Notes under the pieces: generated by a model
Told to the model about the DNA's origin: nothing
Database searches by the model: none
What the model saw: the letters and a program-made list of their open reading frames with translations, nothing else
Origin: Amoebophrya sp. A120
Taxonomy: Eukaryota > Protista > Dinoflagellata
DNA: 64,000 nt
Reading direction: 5' to 3'
NCBI GenBank assembly: GCA_905178155.1
Contig: CAJINV010000001.1
Coordinates: 11,169,009-11,233,008, forward strand
Program-made: the position numbers and the translations under genes
Shown: one piece after another, positions 13,011 to 25,500 of the stretch
How the letters are laid out: each line of letters starts with the position of its first letter
How positions within the stretch are numbered: the stretch's first letter is position 1

Positions 13011-13355
13011 ATCACCCGGGCCGCTTGGAAAATGGGAAAAGAAGAAAAATCTTGCAAAAGCGCAATTCCTCCGCAGGCTTCGAAATTGCCAGTCAGCTGC
13101 GGTCGGTGAAAATGTGCAGATCGCCCGGGCCACTTGGAAAATGGAAAAAGACAAAAAAATGCGCAAAAGCGCAATTCCTCCGCAGGCTTCGAAATTGCCA
13201 GTCAGCTGCGGTCGGTGAAAATGTCCAGATCGCCCGGGCCACTTTAAAAATGGAAAAAGACAAAAAAATGCGCAAAAGCGAAATTCCTCCGCAGGCTTTG
13301 AAATTGCCAGTCAGCTGCGGTCGGTGAAAATGTGCAGGTCGCCCGGGCCACTTAG
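13011..13355. repeat. 109-bp tandem repeat, three full copies plus a partial fourth
   Basis: GAAATTGCCAGTCAGCTGCGGTCGGTGAAAATGT recurs at 13082, 13191 and 13300 (period 109). Confidence 0.9.
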
Positions 13356-13615
13356 GAACCAAAAAAACAAGCAAAAATTAAAAAAAAACGAGAACCCTCG
13401 GCAGGCTTAGAAACTGGCCACCAAGGGTGGTCCGGCGGGCGCGCGCTTGCGCCGTACCATCGCGATTGGGAAAAAAAAACCGCACTAGAAGCGGGCGGGG
13501 GTATGTCACAAAATCCCTATTTGCCCTGGGTTGTGGGCAGAAATTCGGCATCTTCCCCGGGTCTGAAATGGCCGATTTTGGTGGCCCAGCCCGGGTTCTT
13601 TGGTTTGCGGTTTTC

Positions 13616-13779
13616 CACATACCTTCCTGGCCAGGTGGCCAGTTTGTCAATCATGCAGGGGGCTAGAAAGGATGCCCCGCTGCGAAGTTGGATCTTGCCC
13701 CCCCTCTGGCCACATACCTTCCTGGCCATGTGGCTAGTTTGTCATGCAGGGGGCTAGAAAGGATGCCCTGCTGCGAAAT
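13616..13779. repeat. ~70-bp direct repeat, two copies (period ~95 bp)
   Basis: CACATACCTTCCTGGCCA.GTGGC.AGTTTGTCA..GCAGGGGGCTAGAAAGGATGCCC.GCTGCGAA at 13616 and 13711. Confidence 0.85.
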
Positions 13780-13785
13780 AGCAGA

Positions 13786-13932
13786 CCGGATTTCGCCTTC
13801 AATGCTTATCGCAGGAGCCTGCGGGCCGCCGCGGGCGACAGTAGTTGTCCGCGGCCCTTTAGGGCCGCGGGGAAGTGGTGGAGCCCGCGGCGGCCCGCAG
13901 GCTCCTGCGATAAGCTTTGAATGCGAATCCGG
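13786..13932. repeat. Long inverted repeat (~50-bp arms) with a nested hairpin
   Basis: CCGGATTTCGCCTTCAATGCTTATCGCAGGAGCCTGCGGGCCGCCGCGGGC pairs with GCCCGCGGCGGCCCGCAGGCTCCTGCGATAAGCTTTGAATGCGAATCCGG; inner hairpin CCGCGGCCCT-TT-AGGGCCGCGG. Confidence 0.9.
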
Positions 13933-15699
13933 AAGCCCCCGATGACCCGCGATAGATGGCAAGATTTACTTTAAGCTTAAGGGCCGCGGACAACACAGAA
14001 GAAGAAGTGGGATTCTAATTAAAAAGAAATGGTGGCGGCAGCCGCGCGGCGAAAGCGCGGCCCGCAGGGCCGCGCTTGCGCCGCGCGGCTGGTTTGGCTT
14101 TCGCGCTGGTTAGATTTTCGCGCACGCATTTGGTTACCAATATCGCCCTCCGGGCGCGATCTTCATACTTGTTTGCAACGAAGAAACTGAATACACAAAC
14201 GTTTTTGGTGAAGCCAAGTCGTGACGATGGTCGTCGTGCCCTCTACACGCCTGCGGCTGATTTAGATATTTTCATTCTTGTCACCGGTCGACATTCATTT
14301 TTGATTGCATTTGTAGATCATCTGCACCACAGGAGATGTTGCTGTTGTCCTTTGTCAATATCTATGATTTGATTTCCATTTCCATCTCGTCCCGCCCTGT
14401 CTGCGGCTGAAAGTCTGTCTCTTTATAGTATTTCGCAATAGTGAGTCACTGTCACACTCAACACTCTCGCTGCGATTTTGATTTCTAGTGGTGAGCCACT
14501 GCAGCTGTTCCTAAAAACAGCGCCCAAGAACGGAACGAAATGATATCACCTAGGATGGTGTACTTGTATGCCCAGCGAACGATCTTCATCTATCTTCTGT
14601 TGTATATTAGCGAACCACGTTGTCGAGGCACTGATCTGCAAAAATGTCGACTCAAACCGTATCCATGGGTTTCCTACGATCCGAATCAGTTCATGGTCAG
14701 TTGCTCCATGTAGTGCAATTCACGAGCCTGAGGTATTTCAATTTCTTGTAGACGAGTTCGGTACTATTTGCTACGTCCATGCACAAAACAGATCTACTTC
14801 CACTGCGATGATCCTGTTGCTTTTGACCTTACATTTCGAATGCATTGGCGCCTTGCAAATGCAACAGGCAAGCAACTCATTTAAGTTTTGCTTGTAACGG
14901 CTTTTTTTGAAAACGAACAATTCGTATTTTCCTCCGACAAAAAGGAGTCCAAGGCTATTTTCATTTTTGAAAGACAATAGAATTGGAAAGATCGTGCGCA
15001 CTACTCGCGAAACTGTGTGAAAGTGTTAATATGATCTCGGTCTCCCGGACCTGGACTTCATGGTATTAGGACTAGCTCATAGTAGAAATAAAGGACGGAG
15101 AACAGCGACGCTAAGGCACGAGAAGGCTACAACGGAATAACTTTTTCGCTTGGCCCACCTGTGTCTAGTAGTTTTACAATCGAAAAGAAGAAAACGAGAT
15201 GCAACGACAACAAGGAACAAACTTACGAGGTTTCTACCACTTATCAACCTGTTGAACTACGACTTGAGTACTATCGAAAAATAAGCGACATCATAAGGCT
15301 ACAAATCAGAACATCAATCCATCGTTAAAGGGAAGAACCACCGGAAGATCGAACGACAGGGCGAAGCCGTCGACCACCTCCACGTTGGTATTCCAGAAGC
15401 GATTTTGGCCAGACTAGGCTACATCGCTCGATACCCAGAATAAAGTGGACGAAGATAACGAAAGGCAATGAACTTCCAACTCCAAGCCTGATCGAGAACG
15501 ACAGATGAAATAAACGAAGCAAGCTGGAGCTGCTCCTGCTGTGTCAAGAAGCACCACACAGAAGACCATTGTTTTTTGCCTCTGTTCCTGCTCGTAATAA
15601 AGTGCGGCGACTTGATAAAAACAGCGAATTCATCGATCAAAGCAGCTACAACATCCGTCGAATAAAAGTTACTTACCCAGCTTTATCAGAAGCGCAGCC

Positions 15700-17529
15700 A
15701 TGGCGGGTTCACTGGACGACTCTTCCGTGGTACGGCAGTTCGAAAATGGGCTGTACTGCCAGTCGATCGTCAGCGTCGTGTTTATGGCGTTCGCCATGAC
15801 ACTCATCCTCCTCGGGAGACGGGGGGAATTTTTCACGCGATTCGCCATCGGTTTCATCGCTATGCTGGCGGTGTTGCTGGCGTGGCCGATTTATCAAATG
15901 TAAAAATGTCTGGGTCTGGAAGAGTCATGCGGCTTTTGCATGACACAGAGGGTCTGGCATGGAAGCTCTAGCATCACAGGTTTCGAGAAGCTGCCGCAGT
16001 GCCGAATCCGCATGACAAATGCCCCACTTTGGTGACAAAAAGTGGGCAGCTTTTGCTGCCTATGCGTGAGAGACTTTTATGTGTTGTGAAATGCGCATCA
16101 CAAGTTGCATTATTCCAGACCCAGACATATTTGCAATGCATACGATTATTTTGAGCAAGCTGTCCGCGTCCATCCACGTGGAAAGCCAGTACGTTTTTCT
16201 CGTGTTCTGGGTCGCGCCGTGTGCAATCGCAGGCTTGTTGCTGGCCTGCTTTCTGAAAGAGAAGTTTTTCTTCATCGCCGGCGCGGCGGCGGGCTGGTTC
16301 GTTGCGGCGCCGTTGATTGGACTTGTCAAGTACCTCATCCACTTCTCCAGGGGCGAGAATTACAACGCAGCCGAGGCCACGGGAAACTGGGGGGACATCA
16401 TGTATTTTGATTTTTTTTCCATAAATGGTTCGAGTTTGTACTTGTCCGCTGTGTTCATGCGGCGTCTGCGATGTTGTAGTTTACACTTTCAACTCAAAGT
16501 GAAAGCGGTACTAGAATAGAGGTAGGGGGAGTCGGTTCTTCGAAACTAAGAAATAATTAAACCACGACCTCCTACATTTCAGGTGGATTCTCGTCACAAT
16601 CGGCATCATGATCGGATGTGGTTTTCTGGTTATGTGCATGGAGAAGAAGCTCCGCCCTTGGGTGTACTCCCTCTTCACTGCCGGTCTCTTTAGCTCGGCG
16701 TTCGGCGAATTTCTCATCCTGATCGGCGCCTGGGCCGCCATGGCTGGCGCATCAACGAAGGAACAGTGCATGGAGCAACTTCTGGACGATACGATCTCGA
16801 TCGGAGAGAGCGGGCACCGGGACTTTGGCGTGTACAGTTTACTTAAAACTTCCTACAACCTTTCATTTATCTTCTTGTGGTCTTCTATTTTTTCCATATT
16901 GCCATTGTTTCTGTCTGAGCGACAGTGCTCACGCGCAGCTCTATGGTGCGGCTAGTCGGAAGATTCATGAACGAGATTTCGACCCTTCGCAAACCCGCCA
17001 GGGATGATGTAATTCAGCAACTACACAACACAGGTGGACGTGGCAAACCGTTTTTCCAATGCGGCTCCCCCTGCCGCTGATGGGGTTGCGTGACGCGCAC
17101 TTGTACGCAAACCTGGATCGGTTGGAAGCAGACCTCGAGAACATCAACTTTCCCGCCGACAAGGCCGCCGCCATCCTTCAAGCCTACTCCAAACAGTTTC
17201 GGTTTCAGGACGGATTGGTCGCCTGGGGCGTGCTCCTCGTTTGCTTTCTCTTCACGTTTGTACTGGCTTTCAGGGGCTGCAAGAAGAAGTGTTGCTCCGG
17301 ATTCTGTTTTCCGGGCTACAAAGACACCGCAGCCGGCGACGGCATGAACGGAGGACCGAAGCCAACCGCGACCAGTCCGTTTTACCACCGATACGGCGGG
17401 CCGCGGAAAGTTGCGGAGAAGAACCACTGGGAGTCGGAGTCCGAGGTAAGCAATTACGATTCCGACTCGGATGACGAGCTGTACATGGAAGAGTACATCT
17501 ACGAGTCGGACGACAGCTTGGCCTTTTGA
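15700..17529 (+). CDS. Multi-pass membrane protein, possibly DUF4203/TMEM198-like, 4 exons (15700-15891, 16148-16401, 16583-16831, 17034-17529; ~396 aa)
   Basis: One TIR intron (15892-16147) and two GT-AG introns (16402-16582, 16832-17033) join four hydrophobic ORFs in frame; about 7 TM helices and an acidic tail. The family assignment is tentative. Confidence 0.7.
15892..16142. mobile_element. TIR introner-like element (family A), 251 bp, direct repeat CGATT
   Basis: TATCAAATGTAAAAATGTCTGGGTCTGGAA ... TTCCAGACCCAGACATATTTGCAATGCATA; CGATT at 15887-15891 and 16143-16147; removal gives LAWP-IILSKLSAS. Confidence 0.93.
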
Positions 17530-19573
17530 AGGCCCACCTTCGGCGGGACTTCATCTGGAAGAGTTTGACGGTAAAAGTTGTGCTGTTACACAGCAAGTGT
17601 TGTTGACGCTGTGTGTGATGTACACTTACAACTTACACATCTAGAGAACAAAGGAAACGAAAAGAAATCATCGCTAGTACGTCTACGCTGTGCCCCGCAA
17701 TCCGGACTCTCGGCCAGGTCTGCGAATGCTCTGGTTGATAGCTAAGTACAGAACTGCTCTTAAGAATACCTCGCCTTCAACAATCTGCTGCACGTGGAAT
17801 TTTGACTACAACTTTGACACCCTAGAATACAGTAGAGTTGCTCGGCTAAGTATCTACTTTTGATTTTGTCTCGCATTATGTATCAACGACGTGATCGTTT
17901 GACTTCTGTTCCGAAAATATTGTACGATCTGAATACTTTGTACTTGTTGTATCCACCCAATCTCAAGGATTATCGGGGTAAAGCTTTTCTGACCGATTCT
18001 GGTTCTGCTCTCTCGTTCTACAATGCCCGTACATACTTTCTTTCACCTCAAGGAGGACTACTGAGCCAGAACTCCGTCCTGAAGTGACGGGCAAGTGGTT
18101 GATATCGATACATATGATAATTTGTATCCAAATGTTTAGCTCTTCAGTCCTCTGGTGACGGAGTTCCCCTTGTTGTAAAAAAAGTTTTGGATAGATTTGA
18201 CGCATTTGAAGCTGTGCAGTGATGCACTACCCTAATAAAGGCACTCCCAGCTTCACTGACTCACAGAAACAAATAATGACAATTTATATGATTCGGCGGC
18301 ATCAAATGAATTTGAATTTGTTCTGTAGCTGTATGACGAGGCAACCTCAACCTCAATCATCATCAGGGTATTGTAATTAAATGGGGTGCGTTATTCTTCT
18401 GTCTTGTCCAGTGTTTGATTCTAATGTGTGTGTGTAAGCGCATGGAAAGGATTCATCTTCCTCTTTTCGTTTTATCCGTACCAAATTATGTTGTTCTTGT
18501 TGCATAGTTTAATACAGAAATAATGCTTCAGGAATTTGAGAAGGATGTAATAGTGCTTGTGTGGTACTAGCTGGTCTGTTTTTTTGCGCTTTCTGTAGTT
18601 TCTTTTTCCTACTTTTATCTTTTGGAAATGGAAAAACTTACTTGAGTGCATCACTTTATGGTATGGAAGCTATCAAGTGGAAGATTGAATCAAAAAACGG
18701 AAAAAAGAGAAACACCTTCTTCGGTCCGTCGGTGCACTTCTCTTCTTCGCAAAGGAGAAGTTTCTCATGCGAGAAGCCCTGCTCGTGCTCCCCTTCGGAA
18801 ACCTGATGAAGTGAAATTGCAATTTTCGTCAAAAATTCCAAGAATCAGGCTGCCCCGCCGAACGTGAACGCGAAGCTAGCAGAACGTTCTCTTTCTGCTT
18901 CCCTGTCACAGTGTTGATTCAAGAACTCAGTGTGGTTACGCTCCGCTTTGGCTGCCGCTGCCACACCAACATCGGCGATTAGCCTCAATATTGGGGAAAA
19001 TGCTCTCTTTGTTGCAGTCACTACAATCAAATGATAATCACACCACGACTTCTATCGCTCTCGTATTCATTAATTCGCTTGTCGTGGGCCTCAATCGTCG
19101 CGATCGTTGCGGGACAGTTCTTGCGCATAAAGAAAAGGTCGCGCCCCGCTAACTATCATCGTTTACGTTTATTTTTATACAACCAGGTTTGCCTACTTTG
19201 CGTTTGTCTTTGGCTCGTGAATCATGTGAACATGTACATAAAGAAACATAAGAATGTAGGTCACATCGCACTCGTAGTCGTGTCAATTTTGGGCGCTTTC
19301 GTGGGTAACATGTTGGTGATGACATGGGTTGTGGTCTTGTTTGTTTTACGAAACAAGATTTTCATATCTATTTTTCAAATTCACGACTTATGTCGATGTT
19401 GGTAGCGCACCACCTATTTCTTCGACAAGACAAGTCAAGTGGAGGCAGGTGGGTCTATGCGTGTAGCGCTGCAAAAAAACGGTCATGTTTTGATTCCATG
19501 ACGCGGAGCAGCCACAATTTCGTCCGTTCGCGCGCCGTGTTAGACTTAGTGCCTCTAGAAAAGAATTAGAAAA

Positions 19574-22500
19574 ATGGCAGAGGTCTATAATTTTGCTGCG
19601 GAAGCTGCGGAGCTTCATGTTCATCATATTAGTTCGGCTTCGCTCCGCGGTGAGGAGCAGTTTGATCGGCGTGTGGACCATTTTGACCGGCAGCGCAAGG
19701 CGCCGCGGCTGTACTTTCAGAAAATCCACAATGAGCCTTTTCCGACGCAATGGCAGCGGGGACCGCCCAAGCTCCGGGAGGAGGTGGTTGCAAAGTTGGA
19801 AAAGCTGCAGAAAGTTCCCCGTGCTTCGCTGCGGTTCACGGCCGCCAACAACGACGTACCGCCGGCGATTGTGCTGCGTGTCGCGCTGCGGCAGGTGAAC
19901 GCGCACCGGGAACTGCACCTGTTTGAAACGCCGGAGGATTTCGCCGTGTTATGCGACCACTACAAAATCCCCTGGCGCAGCATCTGCCGTGTGCGAACCG
20001 TGGCGGAGTTGACCGCGAAGGCCAGCTTTTTCGAGCAGAAACCCGCGTTGCCGGATATCAAGCCGTACCGGATCACCGACTTTGTCGACGGGACGTTGGA
20101 CCCGCTGCTGGGCTCCGGTTTGGAGCCGGCGATTCTGGACACCATGCCAGATGCCCTGCGCCAGGAGTTGCAGGATCGCGTAGAAAAAGCGAAAAAGACG
20201 GTCATGAAGCTTTCCACGTCCGAGATTCTGAAGCAGGCCGCCGAGGCCGAGCGCGCACGGGCACCACCGAAGCGGAAACCGAAATGGGTCTACTGGGAGG
20301 GCTTGCGGGCGCGGAAGGAAGCGGAGAGAAAGAAACGCGCGGAGCACCAGCTGGCCGTGATAAATGAGGAAAGCCAAAGTCCGAAGAAGGGTAGTTCGAA
20401 TTCCCCATCAAAACCCAATTATAAGTCCGCTTCATCAACAACCTCAAGCAGTCCGAGCAAGGCCGCAGCGGCCTCGCTTGACATCGACCGATCACAGTTT
20501 GCGGTGCCTGAACCTGGGTACGGGAACCTGGTCCAGAGGTTGAGTGACCTCTCCGGCTTTCTCGCGAACTCGGAGGAGATGGTATCAACTGTAAAAATGT
20601 CTGGGTCTGGAAACTTGTGATGCTGGGTGGCGTATCATGAGGCGGCGACAAGTGCTGGCTCAGCATGACAAATCTCTGAGCTTCGAGGTGTTGCCTATTC
20701 TGCATGACAAACTGCGTTTCTGCATGACAAAAAAACGCGGCTCTTGGGTAACGTGCATGACAGACTTTGGGGTCATGCTGGCAGAGCATGACAGACCTTC
20801 CATTCTTCCAGACCCAGACATTTTTACAATCCATAGATGGTGCCGATCCGCAACCCCGCGATCGGTCCTCTTGACCGGAAGCTGCAGCGCGATGCGGCCT
20901 ATCCTGTGCAAAAGTATCGTACTCGTATTGCAATCATGCATTACAAATCTTTTCCTGAAGGTAAATTCGCATTACAAATTTCATTTCTCACGCTGAGGAA
21001 ATTTGTAATGCATAATTTATACGAGTACGATACTTTTGCAGTTCATACGGCCGTGCGCGAGGGAGAGTATCCGCATGTTGGCGTGTGGAAGATTGGAAGC
21101 GAAAAGATGCGACTGCTGCGCGACAAGCAGCGGAGCAAACTACTCGGCGCAGCCGGCGACACAGGCACAGCTGGTCTTTCCCCACTGCCTCGAAACGGCG
21201 CGCCCATGAGTTATGACCAGAGGATCGAGACAGAGCGGTTCAGTCCAAAGCGGTATGGGTATCCGGAGCCGCCGGTGCACTTGGTGTCGCCCGACGAGCG
21301 CAAACTCTTCGCGGACGACTTTAATACCGCTTCCCGCATGTTCTCCTCGTCACAGAGCACTAGGCTGACAAACCTGGAAGGCTCTCGCGGCTCCCGAATG
21401 CGCACACGAAACAGCAAGTCTTCTTCGTCCTCGAACTTAGATCCGCGTGCGATCCCCTTCAGCAGCCCCGAGAAACTGCCCGGCCGGTACTTGAGCGGGA
21501 ACGGAACGCAGGCGTATCAGGTGGGGGGCCACCAGTCCAGCGTCGACTTCAACTTGGGGCTGGACGCGGTGCGCGGGAACCGATCGAAGCTCTTCGACCA
21601 GTCAACCGAGTTCGGTACAACTGGGGAGCAAAGCCAGCATTTCGCGGACACGTCGGTCATGTTCTCGGACTGCAGTGCGCGGTCGCGGTCCCACAGTCCG
21701 GATGGGCTGCTGGTCCGCGAAAATTTCCAGAACAGCTTCACAGTGAATGGCGTGTCGCCGCAGGAGGAGAGAAACCCGGAGGACCTGGCGGGGCGGGTCG
21801 CTTTCCGAAGCCAGAGCCCGACGTCCGTCGTAAATTACAAGCGCGAGTTTTCCGCCCCCGCAGAATCCTACCGGCATCTCTCCCGGGTAGACCGCTGGCG
21901 CAACGACGCGCTGCGGTTTGCGCGCGAGAGTCAGCGGCTGAGCAAGGGGCCGAGGTATGTGCGCTCGTTGTTGGAGATTTTAACGGACCAAGTCGCGGTG
22001 CTGCAGCGCAGCGTGGAGTGGTCCGCAATCAACTACGCCTATGAAATGGCGTTGCCGCAGTCTGACAAATGGCCAGAGGAGGAGGATCGGTTGCACCACG
22101 CCGAGGAAAGCTTGTTGCGTTTGCAAAAGCGAACCATTCGGAAACAGGCGGAAGCGGTGGGACGCCAGGCGGACGTGTCCGACGTACAGCACGCCTTGCT
22201 CGCGAACTCAGCGCTGGAGTACGACCGCAGTCCACAATCCCTCGGCTGCATTCGCGACAGTCTGCCTCGGGCGCCGCAGTTGGAATTTACCACCAGCACT
22301 TCTGGAAGTGGGGCGCGCGTGGCGCACAGCCGTAGCCGCAGCCCTGGTGCGCAGCTGCACCATTCGACATCTAGGGTGCTCGACATTCACGACAGCACCA
22401 CGACATATAACACCACAACAGGAGAACAAATTGGAGAGCACATTGTGCACCACAGTCGCAGCACGACGCAGACCTCCTTTTTCAAAAGCAACTCGCAGGA

Positions 22501-25500
22501 GTACAACGGGTATAATAGTAACCGGAACATGGGAAGCACGCAGAATTCGTTTTATCAGCCGCCGAAAAGTAAGTCCGGCACGCAGCAGTCGTGGTTCAAG
22601 CCACCCTGGACTTCGAAGAAGTCCATGACGCAGTCCTCCTGGTTCAATGCCTCGCAGACGAGCTTTTACTCCAAAGGATCGCGCGCCACGACAGCTGGCG
22701 GTGCAGGACCATCCTCAGGAGGGACAAACAGTTCCTCTGCCGGCACGACCCGCGTTCCCTCCCCCCGATATCAGGTCGAAACACCCCAGGGCTTCTTCAA
22801 AGTGAGCGTAGCCATGCCAACCAGTTATGAATTGCAAATATGTCTGGGTCTGGAAGATTGCCAGATTTGTCATGCGTGTCCAACATGACTCGGAACTCTG
22901 TCATGCGTAGGTGCAAAAAGATCGATGTATCTGTGATGCAAAAGCGCAGTCTGCCATGCGGAATAAGCTACACATAGCAGCTCAAAAACTTGTCATGCTT
23001 GGCCACGGATGACAGTGCGCCCAGTGTTCCCTGGTTTGCATCACAAGTTTCCAGACCCAGACATTTTTGCATTTGATACCAGCACGACATCCGCGATTTT
23101 CCGCAGCATCGACCGCCAGGAGTCCACGAGCCCGTGGCGTAGAAACACACACTCCGTGTTGCGCGACGGTGGAGTTGCCGAAGTGGCGACCTCGCACGAA
23201 TCGCCGCGGCGAGGTAGGGTTCGCATGAGCACGAAGTCGCAAAGTTTTTCGCCCGCGAAAAACCCGAAGAATTCGCCGGCGAAGGGCGGAAACAGAAAAC
23301 GGCGGGCGCGGGGCGAACGAACATCATCCTCCGCAGTTGCCGTTGACAACAGCAAGAATAGCAAAGAGAAAGATCATGAAGATGCCCCCCCAGGGTCCGG
23401 ATCCTCCTCCGCATCATCCGCGAGCACTGCGTCCGCCTCCAGTAGTCCGATAAAACTGAGGAAGCAGCGGCCGCCGGTCACTGGCGTCGTGGGACCGCCC
23501 GGGGAAAGTACGTACAAGCCCCCGGACCCGGTTCGCGACTTCAAGGCTGAGCTGATGGAGAAGGGGATGAAGAGCACCAACATCAAGCCGGTCCCACGCC
23601 TCCCGGATCTGCGTCCTAACGTCCGGGACAATGCGTTCACCAGTCCGGCTTTCGTCCGCTACACCACGACGGCCGCAGTGTCGTCGCAGGCACGGGTGCT
23701 GGAAGTCACCTCGCTCTACAACGCGCACCCAACGCCGATGACAACCAGTAAGATGATGGCCTCCGCGTCGCAGGAGGGGTGGAGAACGGAGCTGGAAAAC
23801 AGAAACAACAGCAGCTCGACGGAATTTTCTTCGGACGAGGGAATCATTCCGAAACCGGACGAGCAGGTGCCGGTGATCTCGAAAAACGTGGGCGTGTGGC
23901 GAGTCCCGGAGCCGCAGTCTCGCACACTCTTGCCGGCGGAGGCGCAGGCCGTCGACGGCCTGATTCACCTGACCGGGCAGAAGGCGCCGGAGTGCGGCAT
24001 GGCGGTCGTGCAGGACGAGTTCGCAGCGCGAGCGGAAGAAGAGCGAATTTTGGAGGAACAGGAAGCGGAAATCGAAAGACAAAATCGACGTGCCGAGGAG
24101 TTGGAAAGGCAGAAGGCGGTAGCGTCGCGCAGTACAAGTCCCGCAAGCTCGCCCAAGAATGGAAAGCACTCTCCCTCCACCGGCGTGCACAGGCAGAAAA
24201 CATCCAGCCAGCTTCTCAACAACAGCGGGAACAAACATCAGCCTGAAGTAGACTCGTCCTCAGCTGCTGCCTCACCGAGTGCGTCACCGAAAAATTTTGT
24301 GAGTGGCAAGCAGCTCGCCACGGGGACGCACGAATTGGACTCGCACAACGCAACTTTGGTCGTGGCCCCCGCGTCTTTTGACACGAATCCCCACACAAGT
24401 ACGACGTTCACCACGGAAACCGTTTTCGAGAAGAGTGGCAAGGGGTCTTTCCGGAACCCGAGCGAATACGAAATCCACCACTCCAAGCAGTTGGAAACGC
24501 CACCAGCAACAGCAGGAACGGCGCATCCCGGCAGCGGACTGCAGAGTTTGCATGGCACGAAGACCAGTTTCTTTTCCACTGCGTCCTCGATCCAGACCGC
24601 CGGTTCCATGTTCTCTTCCGCCGGATTGGAATCACGCGGTGGAAACACTTCGAAAACGCTTCCACCATTGGGAGAGGGGGAGATGTTAATAATAATACCC
24701 CCAAATAATTATAACGCGAGTATGTTGAGCTACCGCCCCGATGGCAAGGACTACATCTCGGTTTTAGACAACGAGTACCTGCGTGTGCCCAAAGATACGG
24801 ATCCGCTGAAGGTCTTGGTCGAGTCCGCGAACAAACTCGTGGCGCATCCGTTGCCGTCGCGGCGAGCCGCAAGGGATTTTGACACGCTGCTGGAGAAATG
24901 GAAGCGCGACTTGATGCGCAGCGAGCGGATCGCGCGTCAGAGCTGGCGTTTGATTGAATATTCGCCCTGCGGCGAGCCCTTCTTCGAATTCTGTGTGTGT
25001 GACGTGTGCAAAAACGCGTACTGGCTGAAGTATCGGTATCACCACCCGGCGGACTCGTCGCAGGACAAGGAGCTAGACCCCTTGACCGGGCAGCCACGGA
25101 ACCCTGAGGAAAAGGACAAAAAGCAAACCGATGGCACAACAGCCACCTCCGGGGCTGGTGGTCCAGCTGCTGGCGCCGAACAGCAACAGGATCCTAACGC
25201 TGCTGCATCTGCTTCCAATGACAACACGTCGAGTGCGCAGCAGCTCGCTTTGGCCCTCCGGAACGCGGACAAAAAAACCGTTGTTCTCCTGATTGACGGA
25301 AAATACTTGCTGAACCCCCTTGCGCTGGAAGCCGGCCGCGACTCGCTGAAGATCGGGTACGGGGTGGCGAACGTGCCTCCTTACGTGTGGGAGGACCAGG
25401 TGGCACCCAAATACTTCCTCGCGGACGTCGGGTTCGTGATCCGCGGCTTCGATCGGTTCGCGGCCGCCCCGCGCGTTTTACCGGACGTCGCGCCCCACTC

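Larger units (their letters stand above)
12534..14139. mobile_element. Putative non-autonomous DNA transposon (~1.6 kb) with 21-bp TIR, subterminal GC hairpins and internal tandem repeats
   Basis: TGGTAACCAAATGCCTGCGCG at 12534 vs CGCGCACGCATTTGGTTACCA ending at 14139 (1 mismatch). GC-rich hairpins lie just inside each end; no transposase ORF; no clear target-site duplication. Confidence 0.6.

Noticed and set aside
13011-13355. 109-bp repeats as a CRISPR array
   Set aside because: Units are contiguous near-identical tandem copies with no unique spacers, there are no cas genes, and the context is eukaryotic.
12679-13962. ORFs inside the 1.6-kb element as a transposase
   Set aside because: They are short translations of tandem and inverted repeats with no DDE, HUH or tyrosine-recombinase motif.
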